A stretch of DNA of 64,000 nt from Orbicella franksi (GCA_964199315.1 OZ116709.1:23808001-23872000), one strand, 5' to 3'. Counted from the stretch's first letter, positions 1 to 11,690 are shown. Notes: generated by a model not told the origin, from the letters alone. Made by a program: numbers and translations.

Positions 1-1975
1 TATCTACTGGCATGACACGGCTGTGTCCTTATTGGCATATGATATAATTACACCACAACTGCTTCTGCCACGTAAAATCTACTTCGAGTTATTTCGCTTC
101 TTTTGCAAGGTGTAAACTACTGCAGGACTTTGTACACTTAATGTTGTTGAGGGGATTCAAGCTTGGTTTCTATACTTACACAACTTTTATTACCAATACA
201 CCCTTAGCAAACGCTAGCTTGGGTCGGAATCCACGTTGAAGGTAAATTCGAACTTTTCCTTCTTCAGGAAGTCAGCTTCTGGACAGTTAGAGTAGATCTT
301 CGCAGTGTGGCCGCCCTAAAATACGCGAGAGAAAGTTTGATAGAACCGCCATTGTTTCAGTCAACATGGCTTTCGACGTACGAAACTACTAGAAAATCGA
401 CTTAATTTGACGGAGAAAACGACTCACCTTCACCGCAGGCTCGCAGCAGACAACTCTTCCCTCTTTTAAACGCGGAATGGTGACTGTTTTACCTTGAAAT
501 CTTTACGAAAAATAGTGAAAACGGACAGACTCCCCAACATGAACACATTCACTTAGAACAAGACCGTGGCTCTGAGGGCGCTCGACAGACCATGTGAGAA
601 CTTCATGATGATTGGCTAGTTTTTTCTTGCACTTCTATTGCGTAAGCGGAGTAAATGGAACGAAAAAATAGGAATGAAAGGGAAACGTCCGAAGAGGGTC
701 ATGATTGTTTTACGATAGCTTTTGGGGTAGGGTAGCCCGGAGGAAGGGTGGTTTTCGAAAATTTCCAAATTACAGCATAAGAAAGAATACTAAAAGGACA
801 GTCAAGTTGTTCTTTCCCTTCTCCCGCTTCCTATGTTGAAGGTTTCTGTCTGGACAATAGACTATTTCGTTTGTTCTTCAGCCGTTCAAAATGTCAATCT
901 TTCCATCAATAAAAGGATTTTTGGATTTGTGCTTCTAGCAGACGTCACTGATGAGTAGTTGCAGTTTTCCATGCAAACAAGTAATTAAAAAAATTAGGTA
1001 ACTTAATCTTTAGAATTTTGTGATATTCTGCCCATCATGGTATACCAGTTGAATACCGTTACTCTCACTTTCGATGTACATGAATCCTGAACAAATGCGA
1101 TAGAAACTTCTCTGACGTCATAGCGCACTTATGTACAAAATAGTTGTACCCAGGCGGGTACCCAGGTATATTCTCTTCCAGGTGTATTTTGAAAATGCCT
1201 TAGATCTTTCAAGTCAAGCGCTAGTTTGAGGACATCAAACTATAGCGCCTCCAACAAATAATCTGATAAAATCATCAAAGCCTCCCTCTTCCTCCTACAT
1301 AAATTATGAACCGTACCCAGGTAGGACTGTTCAAGCTGTAAGATCTTTACCCTTTTATTAGGCAGTGTTGCCTACAAGTGGTTGGACTATGCAACAAACT
1401 GCAGTTGAACTGAAACACTTGCCTGACCCCGTGTTACCACTGCATCTTTGTTCGTTCAAAGACTCTTCAAACTTACACTCACCTGTCTTTATCACGGACC
1501 ATAACTTGACGATAGGAACACGAAAATACAGTCGAAAATGTTACCTACTACCATCTACTACGGAGTTTAGCGCTGACCATCTCAAAAAGTTTTCTTGTGG
1601 CAAAGATGTTTGTTATATTTTTACATGATGGTCTCTCTCTAGGACTTGCACCGGTATCCAGTCACTTCGCCCCATGGTCATTTCGCCCCCAGTCACCTCG
1701 CCCCAACCAAAAGTCACTTCGCCCCATAATCGAAGTAACTTCGCCCCATACAAGAGTCACTTCGCCCCATACAGAAGTTACTTCGCTCCATGATATAATT
1801 TAAGTGTATATATGCTTACAATATTGTCTCTATTTGCCTAACTGATGTTATAGTCGTCCCGATGTTGATGACATGTTTGTAACTGTTGGTTTCACTCGCC
1901 CCAATCTCTCTCTGTCCCCCACACCATGCCGATGTGTCTGCCGATGTCGCTGACGCTCTCGTCGGTAATTCGCGC

Positions 1976-2490
1976 TCGTTGATCGATGGCCGATCAAATT
2001 TCAAAACTGTAACCCTGTAGAGTATGGATTGCATGTAAAAACCTTTTTGTTAAACATGTTCGTAGTTAAAGGACTTAAAAAGCGACCGAGATCTTGGCGT
2101 AGTTAAAGTGCGATTGTCTCTAAGTATCTAAATCTCTTTGTTTGATTACGCGCGTTGTTTAGTGTTCACTTGTAGCACTCACATAGCAGCAAAGTCAAAC
2201 AAAGTCCGTTGATCGATCGATGGCCGATCGTATGTAAAAAATTTTGAAAACCATCCAACGACTTTTACCCTGTAAAGTGTCAACCGCCTGTAAAACCTTT
2301 TCTGTTATATTTGACCTTGGCGTAGTTAAAGAAATATTAAATCTAAATATCTTTGTTTGATTACGCGCGTTGTTTAGCATTTACTTGTAGCACTTACACA
2401 GCAACGAAGTCAAACAAAGTCCCTTGATCGATCGATGGCCGATCGTGTTTGAGAAACTTTGGAAACCATCAACGGCTTTACGCGCGTTGT
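1976..2490. repeat. Tandem duplication, ~215-230 bp unit, about 2.3 copies, inside the DNA element
   Basis: gatcgatggccgatc recurs at ~1981, ~2216 and ~2431. cttggcgtagttaaag, tttgtttgattacgcgcgttgtttag and gtcaaacaaagtcc each recur at the same period. Confidence 0.85.
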
Positions 2491-2685
2491 TTCAAGTGCT
2501 ACTGAAACGAAATTTTTGTATGTGAGATTTTGCTTATTAATAAAGATTCAACCATACTTGGAAACACTGCAGACTTTTTTTCCGCATACGGTTAGCGAAA
2601 ACTGCTTTTTCAGCCGTTCGAAGTTGGCTGTTTAAGCCCAAAATTGGCAGCCATCTTGGGGCGGCCAAAACAGCCTAGTGACGTC

Positions 2686-2760
2686 GGGTAACCCGAAAAC
2701 ACTGACCCCCGGTCCGTAGTGGGGGTCCGCGGACCGGGGGTCAGTGCTTTCGGGTTACCC
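2686..2760. mobile_element. 75-bp hairpin MITE with 10-bp target-site duplication (MULE-like TSD length)
   Basis: TIRs gggtaacccgaaaacactgacccc / ggggtcagtgctttcgggttaccc (1 mismatch), flanked by TAGTGACGTC at 2676-2685 and 2761-2770. Confidence 0.8.
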
Positions 2761-3781
2761 TAGTGACGTCACTGGTTGTATTACTCTCATGCCGCGCTGA
2801 AAATTTAGAGTGATTGTGGGAGAAGAGAATACTGTTCGAAGCCCCCAAAAAACATCTTAAGGACATCTCAAAGCTGTAAAGCAGACAATAACAGTAGCCT
2901 TAGACATGAAGAGCTGGAGAGTAGATCCTGGGGCTTTTTAGTCTATTTAATTGGATATTTGCAGGATATTTTATGTAAGCAAGCAAACGAGTGCGAGTTC
3001 TTAAATCGCAAAATTATCGGGACTCTTGGTGAAATTGGCGAAGTGACTGAGGGCGAAATGACCGTGGGGCGGAGTGACCGTAATTCCTTGCACCAGCTGT
3101 CTGCCTGTCAGTCACCGTAGTGAGGTTTCTTTTTCAGCGACCAAAGAAATGTGCTGCGGAAGTGTGGCTACGCGAAGACTAGAGATACAGAACAACATTT
3201 CACAAACGAGCGTAGTATAGCGCGTAAGTAAAATATTATTTTTATCACGAGAAAATGAAATTCATATCTTTAAGCCATGTAGTTGTCTTTTTATTGCGAA
3301 TCTTCACTGGCGGTTTGGAAGGTGGAAAACGTCATCAATATCCACACTAGGAGTGAGGACGTGCAAAATACGCCAATCGGGTCCCGAACGTGGAGCTGAA
3401 CGTGGTTTCGTATGAATTTTACGAGTGGTGTTTTCTTCCGCGGGCGGCAACAGCATAAGATCAGATGTCCTCTTAGGAAGGAGCTCATCAAAAGGGCAAC
3501 TTTCCCACATTGTTTGAGGGGACTCTAAATCGCGTGCAATTGTGTTGAAACGACAATAATGCCTTCAAGTATAAAAATACGCGGTCAACCTAGTTGTCAC
3601 AAGTTTTACACATATTAAATCGAGTAAGCGAGTGGGCTTGAAAAGAACTTTCCAGAACACTCAAACAAGCCCCTACGGATAATAAATGAATTAACTGCAA
3701 GGCCGTCGGGGAACGGTTCGCACGTACTCAAGGAATCATTAATAGCATCATTTCGAACAGAAAATTCTTTTAATAAAGCAC

Positions 3782-3787
3782 TTTATT
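3782..3787 (-). terminator. Probable polyadenylation signal of the KLF10/11 mRNA (3' UTR ~1.05 kb)
   Basis: AATAAA on the minus strand at the end of an AU-rich stretch running from the KLF stop (4832). Other signals could be used. Confidence 0.45.
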
Positions 3788-4831
3788 TACAACATTGCTG
3801 GGCATGAAGATGCGTTAAAAAAGTATAAATTATTTTCTTCATATTTACATAGGCAATGTCTTTAATAGTCAATGGAATATTCTCTTACTAAATGTGGGTT
3901 GCAAATAATTTATGTGTATGAAATTCGTCAGATATTCAAAATGATGAGCAGATAAACAGATTGCTACACTTCTCTGTGAAATCTTTTGTCTTAATTTTTT
4001 ATATTAATAACTATTGCAATATTAGTTTTCAGGTAGACTGCACCTTTGACGTAATATAAACAACAAAACAGTAAAACTACAAGAACTCCCAATTACAGAA
4101 TGTTACACAAATTTAACTACCTGTAGTGTTTCTTTGCAGGAAAATATGTATACGTGTAACGCCTATAATTTATATTAATCATTAAATTGTAAACTTAAAC
4201 ATTTTGAATGTTAAGCATAGCAAAAGGAAGTTAACTAGTAAGCTTATTTACACTTATTGCATTTGCCTTAATATTTTTTATCAATTTATAAGCACACATT
4301 GCTATCACAATAAGGCAGTATCAAGAAATACGGCCAAACTCTGAAGATAACTGAACATTGCACAACTGAATATGAACATTTATATTTACAATGAATAAAT
4401 TAACTCTTCTTTGGAACTTGTCAGAACACATCTCTCCAGAGCTCTAATCACACTTAAGCACAGGTCACTATTTTTAAGATTCACAGAAAAATGCAAAGAA
4501 TGGCTTCCAATAAGACATACACACACACAAAAAAATGAGGTCATGGTGGTTTCCTGGCTGGGGATCAGATTGGAAATAAAACTTTGACACTTTTTTTAGA
4601 TAAAACAGGACCAAAAAATTCTTTTTAACACTGTGAACTAGCCTTTGGGAAAGGCTGATGCAACATGTATTAATATTACACTAGCATTGTCCTTCATACT
4701 GGTCCGACACAGTTCATTTACTTGCTTGGTAGTAATGATATTGCATACTTCACCATGCCAATGCATTTGTCTATTTCCATAAGCTGGTGGCCCTTTCTGA
4801 AAGCTCTACTCTGAACTTCAGCATCAAGTTA

Positions 4832-6724
4832 CTATGAATTCCCCGACAGAGTTCCCGATGTGTGTGTTGTTGTACTCATACTTGACGGGGCTAACACCAT
4901 GCTTGGCAAAGAGTTGCTTGTGATCTGAATAGGCTGTGTGTTTATAACATTGCCACTGGAGACATTTAGAGATGTTGGCTGCATGTTTGTAGCCACCTGG
5001 TTCAATTTATTCATTTCCAATTGCCACCCTGGAACTTTTTTGACTGTCATATGTCTTCTTGCATGCTTGGTCAAATGATCTGACCTCATAAACCGCCGTC
5101 CACAGAGAGGGCAAGCAAAGCGCTTTTCTCCAGTGTGAGTTCGCCTGTGTCTCGCCAGCTCATCAGATCTTGCGAAACGCCTGTCACAGTTTTCCCACGT
5201 GCAAGGAAATGGTTTCTCTCCTAAAAAGATACATATAAAATTTATTAATGATTAATTTACAGATAAAATGCTACTGCTTTATTTCCTAAGGGGTTTAGGC
5301 CTGAAGTACCATAAACAAAAAATTTGAACTATGTGAACCACGAAGAAATTCAACACCAAATGAAGAAACAGTATTACATAAGAAACTCCAAGGACAAAAA
5401 ATAAACAAAAATTGAACAAAAATTGATGATAAAAGAAAGAAAGCAGAATCTTTCGATAAATTGCTAATTGATTTCCTTTATACACGAAAACAGTAATTTT
5501 TTGACTTATTTCTACACGCGCGAAGAGTTTTGCCCATCACGCAGCACGCGCTTTGTTTCACGTGATGTGTCAATTGTGGGTGTATGACAGGCACGACATA
5601 GGAGTGTACAGGGCTGGTCATGAAACCTGAATAAAGACAAAATCCCGCGATATCAGGAACGGCCCTGACAATTTACCTAGAACTAAAAAAGGATTTCACT
5701 AAATAAAGTTACTCTAACAGAAAAAGCCCAACTTTTAACATTATTCAAGTAAGAAAGATGCTTTTAGTAAATACCTGTATGTGTTCTCATGTGAGCTTTC
5801 AAGTGGGAACTTTTGAAGTAAGTTTTTCCACAGTTTTCAAACGAGCAAACATGATTTCTTCGGCGATTGGTCTGGCTCTTTGCACCTTCGCTTTCCTGTT
5901 GATTCTGGCCTTGAAGCTGAGGAAGAAGTCCTGCCTGAGTAACGATAAAATTTCTCTGCTGTAACTGGGAAATGTTGCTGACTCCCGCTGGAGTTCCGTT
6001 TGTGGTCACGGGGCAAAGTACAACTACAGCGCCGGCTGGCAGATTTCCTCCGCCGTTTGTGAGCAAAACTTGATTCACATTAACTCCTCCTTGAAAGACC
6101 TTTACAGGCAATCCAGACACTGTAGCTGATGGTGCAGTCGTGGTAGAAATCGCTCCCAAACACCCGCTCCCAGCAGTTGTACAAAGTCCACTGTTCCCAC
6201 GAGGAATTGGTTGCTCGACTGTCGTTTGAATCACTTTGTTATCGAACTGTGTGGGAAAAAAAACGAACTGAATAAACGACAAATACATCAAGAGAGAAAA
6301 AAATATCCTAACCTACACTGGGGCGAACGCAATCGCTTTTTTTTTAACTTCTCACCTTCTCTGGTTCATCCTCGACGGAAGTGGTACTACTCAGTGATGC
6401 GCTCGACGAATTTCTGCTAATAGAAGAAAGACCAGAGTCGGGGCTTGGAGTGTTTCTTTCTGCGTAAGGGGGCGACCACTGACTCATAGCGAGAAGTGAC
6501 TGCACAGCATCTAAGTCGACATTCTCTGTCGTTTCACTTTGACACTCACCATCCGAAAGCACAGAACTGGAGTCCTCCTGAAGTAAACGCAAAAGAGCGT
6601 AAATGATAAGCTTAAGTGAATGAAAACCTTCTGGGTTAAACACTCCTAAACCGATCTCACTTACTTCCATCTCTTTACACGACGACGAAGGCGTTGAAGG
6701 AGGAGACATAGGAAGAGCGTACAT
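4832..6724 (-). CDS. KLF10/11: Kruppel-like factor 10/11 (TIEG/cabut-type) C2H2 zinc-finger transcription factor, ~380 aa, 4 coding exons
   Basis: Exons 6665-6724, 6356-6577, 5775-6246 and 4832-5220 have GT-AG boundaries and join in frame (1143 nt). Three KLF/Sp fingers: [82 protein letters not shown]-terminal [12 protein letters not shown] resembles the Sin3-interaction motif of KLF10/11. Confidence 0.93.
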
Positions 6725-6849
6725 GACTCTATAATATTCGTGTAAAAACTCTGAGAACTATGGAGAGCGAAGGGATTTTTGTTATCGTTTTGTGTTGGTT
6801 GAACTTAGGTCAGCAATGAAGATCATGCAGTACAGAGGGCGTTGAAGGG

Positions 6850-7030
6850 GTTGGACCAATCACAATGTACTTCCGGTAAAATCAACCAATCAGAACGCTT
6901 TATTCATGTGAACGGCGCGTGAATCAAACTGTTTTCACGTGTAGTCAGAGGCTGAAAACGAACTTTGTCCCGCGAAACGGACAAGGTTTGTTTACGTTCC
7001 AGCCAAGGCCAAAATAGAGGCCACGTGATA
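6850..7030 (-). promoter_or_regulatory. Putative KLF10/11 proximal promoter: two CCAAT boxes, ETS site, ChoRE-like element, two CACGTG boxes
   Basis: CCAAT at 6856-6860 and 6886-6890; CCGGAAGT (minus strand) at 6869-6876; CATGTG-n5-CGCGTG at 6905-6921; CACGTG at 6936-6941 and 7022-7027. All lie 130-300 bp upstream of the ATG in a CpG-rich patch. Confidence 0.6.
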
Positions 7031-10000
7031 GAGAAATCAGCTTCGTTGGCCATTCGTGACAACAACAAACCGGATAATTCTCTTTTGGACCAAGGTCACG
7101 CACACGGACATCAAAGAAGCAACGGCAGCATTTTCATAACCACATTATTTTCTGAATTCGCTCTAATTGAAAATATCCCTTACATAACAAACTGGCATCA
7201 TACACGTACTGCTTCGCCGCGCCTCGCCGCACATCGCCTCGCCCACACACAGGCGTTGTTAAAATTGATTTTGGGCAAACCCTTCGCTGAGATCATATTC
7301 AATTTGCGGGAAAATGCGTTAACTCAAAAGAACAATACCAGATCTCAAGCTAAAAGTGAGTAAATTCCACCCGAAAGTAAAAAAAACGCAACGGAAGTGA
7401 AAATAGGTAGTTCTTTTTTCGGTTGCCGCCGTCTATTACTGGTTTTCCTACGGGTAACGTTTTAAACTGGACTTCTCTGATGAGTATTTTCACCTTGTTT
7501 TCAGAGGGCGCAATGTTCAAAGTTATCTCCTTTGCCAGTGCAGTCCATTTATATCCTAGCAATTTGAAAACTTCGCATTATATAAGACTTTTTCTTTCTT
7601 GTTCTCGATCACCTGGCGGATTGAAATTCAGTGTGGTGTCCTTTGTTTTATCGTAATGAGAAATCAGATGTTGATAACTCTTGAACACTACAGAACCAAT
7701 AACGTGCTTTAGGTCTGGAACTGTAAAATGGAGAAGAAAGCGTCTAGTTGAGAGGGTCACGTCGGCTTGGTTCGACGTTTTTATTGAGCGTGAACTCGCC
7801 ACATATGTGTAATTTTTTTCTTTTCTCTTATGCTCCTGTTTAAAGTTTGATTTCTAAACATTCCCTAAGAAGTCTAGAACGAAAACTGTCGGTCGATGTT
7901 ATTGATAATACTGTCATTATTATTTGTACTTCAGTCATAAATTTAGGTGCCTACTCCTAAAGTTTTTGACAGAAAAAACACGCAATTGAAGTCCATAACA
8001 TGATTTGTAAGCAGACTTCCCCAGTTTTCTCCGTTTCGATTGCGTTTCGACTGGTCGCTGCACGGAATAATAAGTTATTATTTTGTTTATGTTAATTTTT
8101 TGTCAATGACTATTTTGTTCTCACCGTCTGTTCGCGTACACGCGCAGTTCTACGAGTCGTGAAGCTTAGTCACGTTTCGCTCGCAAATTAAAGTTTGATG
8201 ACTTTTAACCGGGTTTAATAAGGTTAAATATAACCACGATTAAGATTCCCCGATAATAATTATGTTGCTTGATCAGGCGAGACTTCTCGTGTTAACTTAA
8301 ATTTGCTGCTGGTACTTGAAAATCACCTTATGTAAAAAATCTTTTGTTATAATCTGTCTGCAAATATTCCTGAACTCGCGAAACTTAAGTTGTTGACTAT
8401 CGTATGTATTCGCAAAAAGATATTGAAAGAGAGCTCTGTGCACAGCAAGCAGAAATACGTCCGGTTCATATATTGTCCAGTTATAACCTGTTCCCTTGAG
8501 ATTTGTGCAAGGAACAAAAACTTAAGCTTACCTCTGGATTAGAAAATTCCTGAAGGATAGAAGTTGGAATCAAGGCATGCGCATCAGAAAAAGTGATCTT
8601 TCGATTTGTTGCTCCCGTCTTGCTCTTATTTCGTTTCATACTCTTAACCTGATGCAGTTCTTCGTTATAGAAGCAATGTGCAATATTTTCCAACGGGAAG
8701 AGACTTGCTCCATGAACTGGCTTTCGTTTCCGCAGTGCTGTTTAAAATGTTCGGTCTGTGGGGGGAGGTGCGGGGGTGTATAGAAATATGAAGTTTGACT
8801 GACAGACGTTAATCAGAGTGTGGATCTAAAATAAACATTGTAATTTATTTGACTTGAATCTATGTTGCTGGCCTTTTTGTTCGAAGTAGACACTAATCCC
8901 GAATTACCTTAAGATCGCTTTGAACCGTCCGGCCGTCCCAGCTGACGCGGTGTCGGGGTCCCAGATTCCAACACAAAAGCGTGACTGTTCCCACTCCTTG
9001 CATTTATACTATCATCATTTACAATTCCTCTCACGGTTATCTGAATCCCAGGACTTTCTCTCTTTGACCATGAAAAATTCTGGTACAGAGAAATTCAGTC
9101 AAGAAGAGCACGACTGCAAATCTTTTGTTGAATAGTCCCTATTTAGAATATGGCTCCAGGGAGGGTTCTCCTCAATTTCGCTTGGTCGTTCTGGTGTTGA
9201 AAAAGATTCTAGACGTTAGTTTGGGTAGCGTGTGATCAAGCCTTCATTTCCTATGTCTCTCCTACGGAGAAGACGCTTCTCTCTCCGGACAAAATAAAAT
9301 AAAATAAGCATGATCCCAGGTTATGCCCGGTATTTGTGCCTGTGATCAGGCAGAAGTTGCCACGAGATGTTCGCAGCACGTGGCCGTCTATGATCCGGCA
9401 TTTTCGTGCCAGATAGGTTTACAGACGTTGCCTGTCACGCAAAATGGTCAAAACAAACTTACAACAAAGGATTTTTGGTACTTTTGATAAAGTTAGAACC
9501 CGTGTCAATTGGCTACCTATGACATCTACATGGTCCGTACAAGGTGGAAAGTGGACTCGGGTACCTGAATTTAATCCTAGCTGTAAAGGGAAACACTTGA
9601 GGACCTGCCAAATCATATGGGAACTTTGAATTCTGAAGCCCAGGTCGAGGTAAGTTCATGATTATGTAATCCGCTCAAGTGACACGTGAATTCCGAATCC
9701 GTGCGGTACAGTGATATTGTACCAGCAATTTACAATAGTTTCTTTTTCTTGCACTCTGTGTGTCTGCCAAGTTTTCATGCGGCCACTGAGGCTCGGGTCG
9801 AAGTTACCCCGTGATCCATTTCATACTACACGACTGATTACTTTATACTAGCGCTCATTTAAAAAAAGCCTTGTCACTGTGGTTTGATGCTATTTTCTCA
9901 AACATGTCGAACGTTTTTTTTTTCCTCGATGTTTTACAGCGCACCATTCTTGATGACCTCGATTGATCTGTAAGTTGTTCAGATAGTCGGTTGGACACAA

Positions 10001-10794
10001 CTACAATAGACCACTTTCGATATATTAAAATTCAGCATAGCAGTGAGGCTTGGAGGACACAAACAAAGGAAATCGAATGGCCATGTTTATTCATTTCTTT
10101 TGTTTGTGTCCTCTAGGACTCACCATCAAGCTGAATTTTAATACCGGTATCGAAAGTGGCCTATTTATGTTTCCGGAAGGTGCAAAATTTGTCGGCATTT
10201 CCTATACTGAAAAAAAAAAAGCAACAAAATAAAGAATTCAAAAAGAATGATTATATAATAACTCTTATTACAGACTGGATCATTGGATAATACAATTCAA
10301 GAGTTTTCCGATTGGCTTAGCCATCATGGTATATGAGCCACGCGTTAGTAGATTAATTTGACATGCAAACGAGACAAAATGATCAATAGTTTCCAAAATG
10401 GCTCCGAGGTTTTCTGTCCAAACTTTAAATTGCAAATTTCCTAGTGCCTCTAAATTCCTTGCAAAAAAATTGAGACGATTTTAATTTTGCACCAAAAAAG
10501 TGTCCGAAAATAAAACCTTTGTAAGCAAAGGTTTTTTAAAGCATAAACAAGTAAAACTTAGCGATAAGAAAGAACAACGTTTTGGTGACATCGTGACATC
10601 ATTTTCAAGTTCAAATGCAAAAAGATAAACTGTCAGAAGATTCGCTCAAGATTAGCACACCTCGTAATTACATATGCAGTGTCATGCAAAACCGTCCGAA
10701 ATATTTACAGTACAGTATAACACTTTGAAGTAGATCCAAAGCTCTTATCTTCCTTTATGTAGGGATCTATATATACAGCAAACTCGCGTCGCCG

Positions 10795-11690
10795 TTGTGT
10801 CTATCCCTCGTTTAGGTCGAGGATGATAGTCTTTATTGATCAGCGGTGTGTCCGCAGATGGCTTATGAGTCCAATTTTTGGCCGAAAGGCTCGGCCGCAT
10901 TCTGGGCAACTGGTATTGTGCGGGAGACCAGGCCATGTTTGTTGTTTGCGCTCTTTCCTATGCCTTCGTTTTTCTTCCAGCTCTTGACATCTTCTCGCTT
11001 CGAAAGCCTTGCAGTTCCGTCGCTGATAGTGGTTCTCCAGAGAAGCCTGTCCTTTGTTGTCTCCCCCCAAAGAGACTTTTAAATTAATTTTGCAATAACA
11101 CTAAGGAAACAATACTTACAATACAATTACGAACAGTACAATCTTTAGCCCACTTACAGCACTGTACTCTACTTACATTATATTGCTCTAATTATTTACA
11201 CTACTTAAATTACAATATCTACACGATACAGTAACAACAAGGGGCAAAGAAAAAAAAAAGGAGAAAAATATAATAGATAATTATCATTTCAGCTTGAGGT
11301 TGTACTATAGAAACAAACCAGACCAAAGGCGTGTGGTACATTATAGATAAAATGAGCTATGCACCTAACAGGATAGAGTTACAAAGAGTTACATTGATGC
11401 TACACTTCTTGAGGTTCGCTTTCAGCACATCTTTGAAGCGCTTCCTCTGGCCCTCTCTTGGACGCTTGCCTTCTACTTGTTCAAAGTAGAAGATCTGTTT
11501 AGGAAGACGTCGGTCTGGCATTTGTACTAGATGGCCGCTCCACCTGAGTTGACTGTTGATGATGCTAGCCTCGATGCGAGTTGTTTTCGCCTCTGATAAT
11601 ACGCTGACGTTGGTTCTTCTGTCTCAATGGCAGTCCCGGCGCACTTCAGGCGATATTGGATTTCATCCTGAAGCGAACTCTAGTACGTTG
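10795..11690 (-). mobile_element. 5'-truncated, decayed RTE-clade LINE (C-terminal part of the ORF), interrupted by an insertion
   Basis: Minus-strand translation gives RRTNVSVLSEAKTTRIEASIINSQLRWSGHLVQMPDRRLPKQIFYFEQVEGKRPREGQRKRFKDVLKANLKKC and FEARRCQELEEKRRHRKER...CPECGRAFRPKIGLISHLRTHR, typical RTE C-terminal motifs. Frameshifts are present. Confidence 0.85.
11075..11380. mobile_element. 306-bp insertion nested in the RTE fragment, with 7-bp TSD
   Basis: CAAAGAG flanks both sides (11068-11074, 11381-11387). Removing the insert and one TSD copy restores the frame KKCSINVTLWGETTKDRLLWRTTI. Confidence 0.75.

Larger units (their letters stand above)
1653..3087. mobile_element. Non-autonomous DNA transposon (~1.4 kb) with GG...CC termini, imperfect TIRs and subterminal AGTCACTTCGCCCC repeats
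   Basis: The left end ggtatccagtcacttcgccccatggtcatttcgcccccagtcac is the inverted copy of the right end gtgactgagggcgaaatgaccgtggggcggagtgaccgtaattcc. Direct repeat TTGCACC flanks both ends (1646-1652, 3088-3094). About 7 copies of (a)gtcacttcgcccc lie at 1660-1790. No transposase ORF. Confidence 0.8.

Noticed and set aside
240-560. Minus-strand donor AAG|GTGAGT at ~428 and short open frames near the window start
   Set aside because: May belong to a gene left of the window, but no consistent exon chain can be built.
1660-1795. Regularly spaced 13-14-bp repeats resembling a CRISPR array
   Set aside because: Spacers are only 3-10 bp, the context is eukaryotic, no cas genes are present, and the motif is mirrored at the other end of a TIR element.
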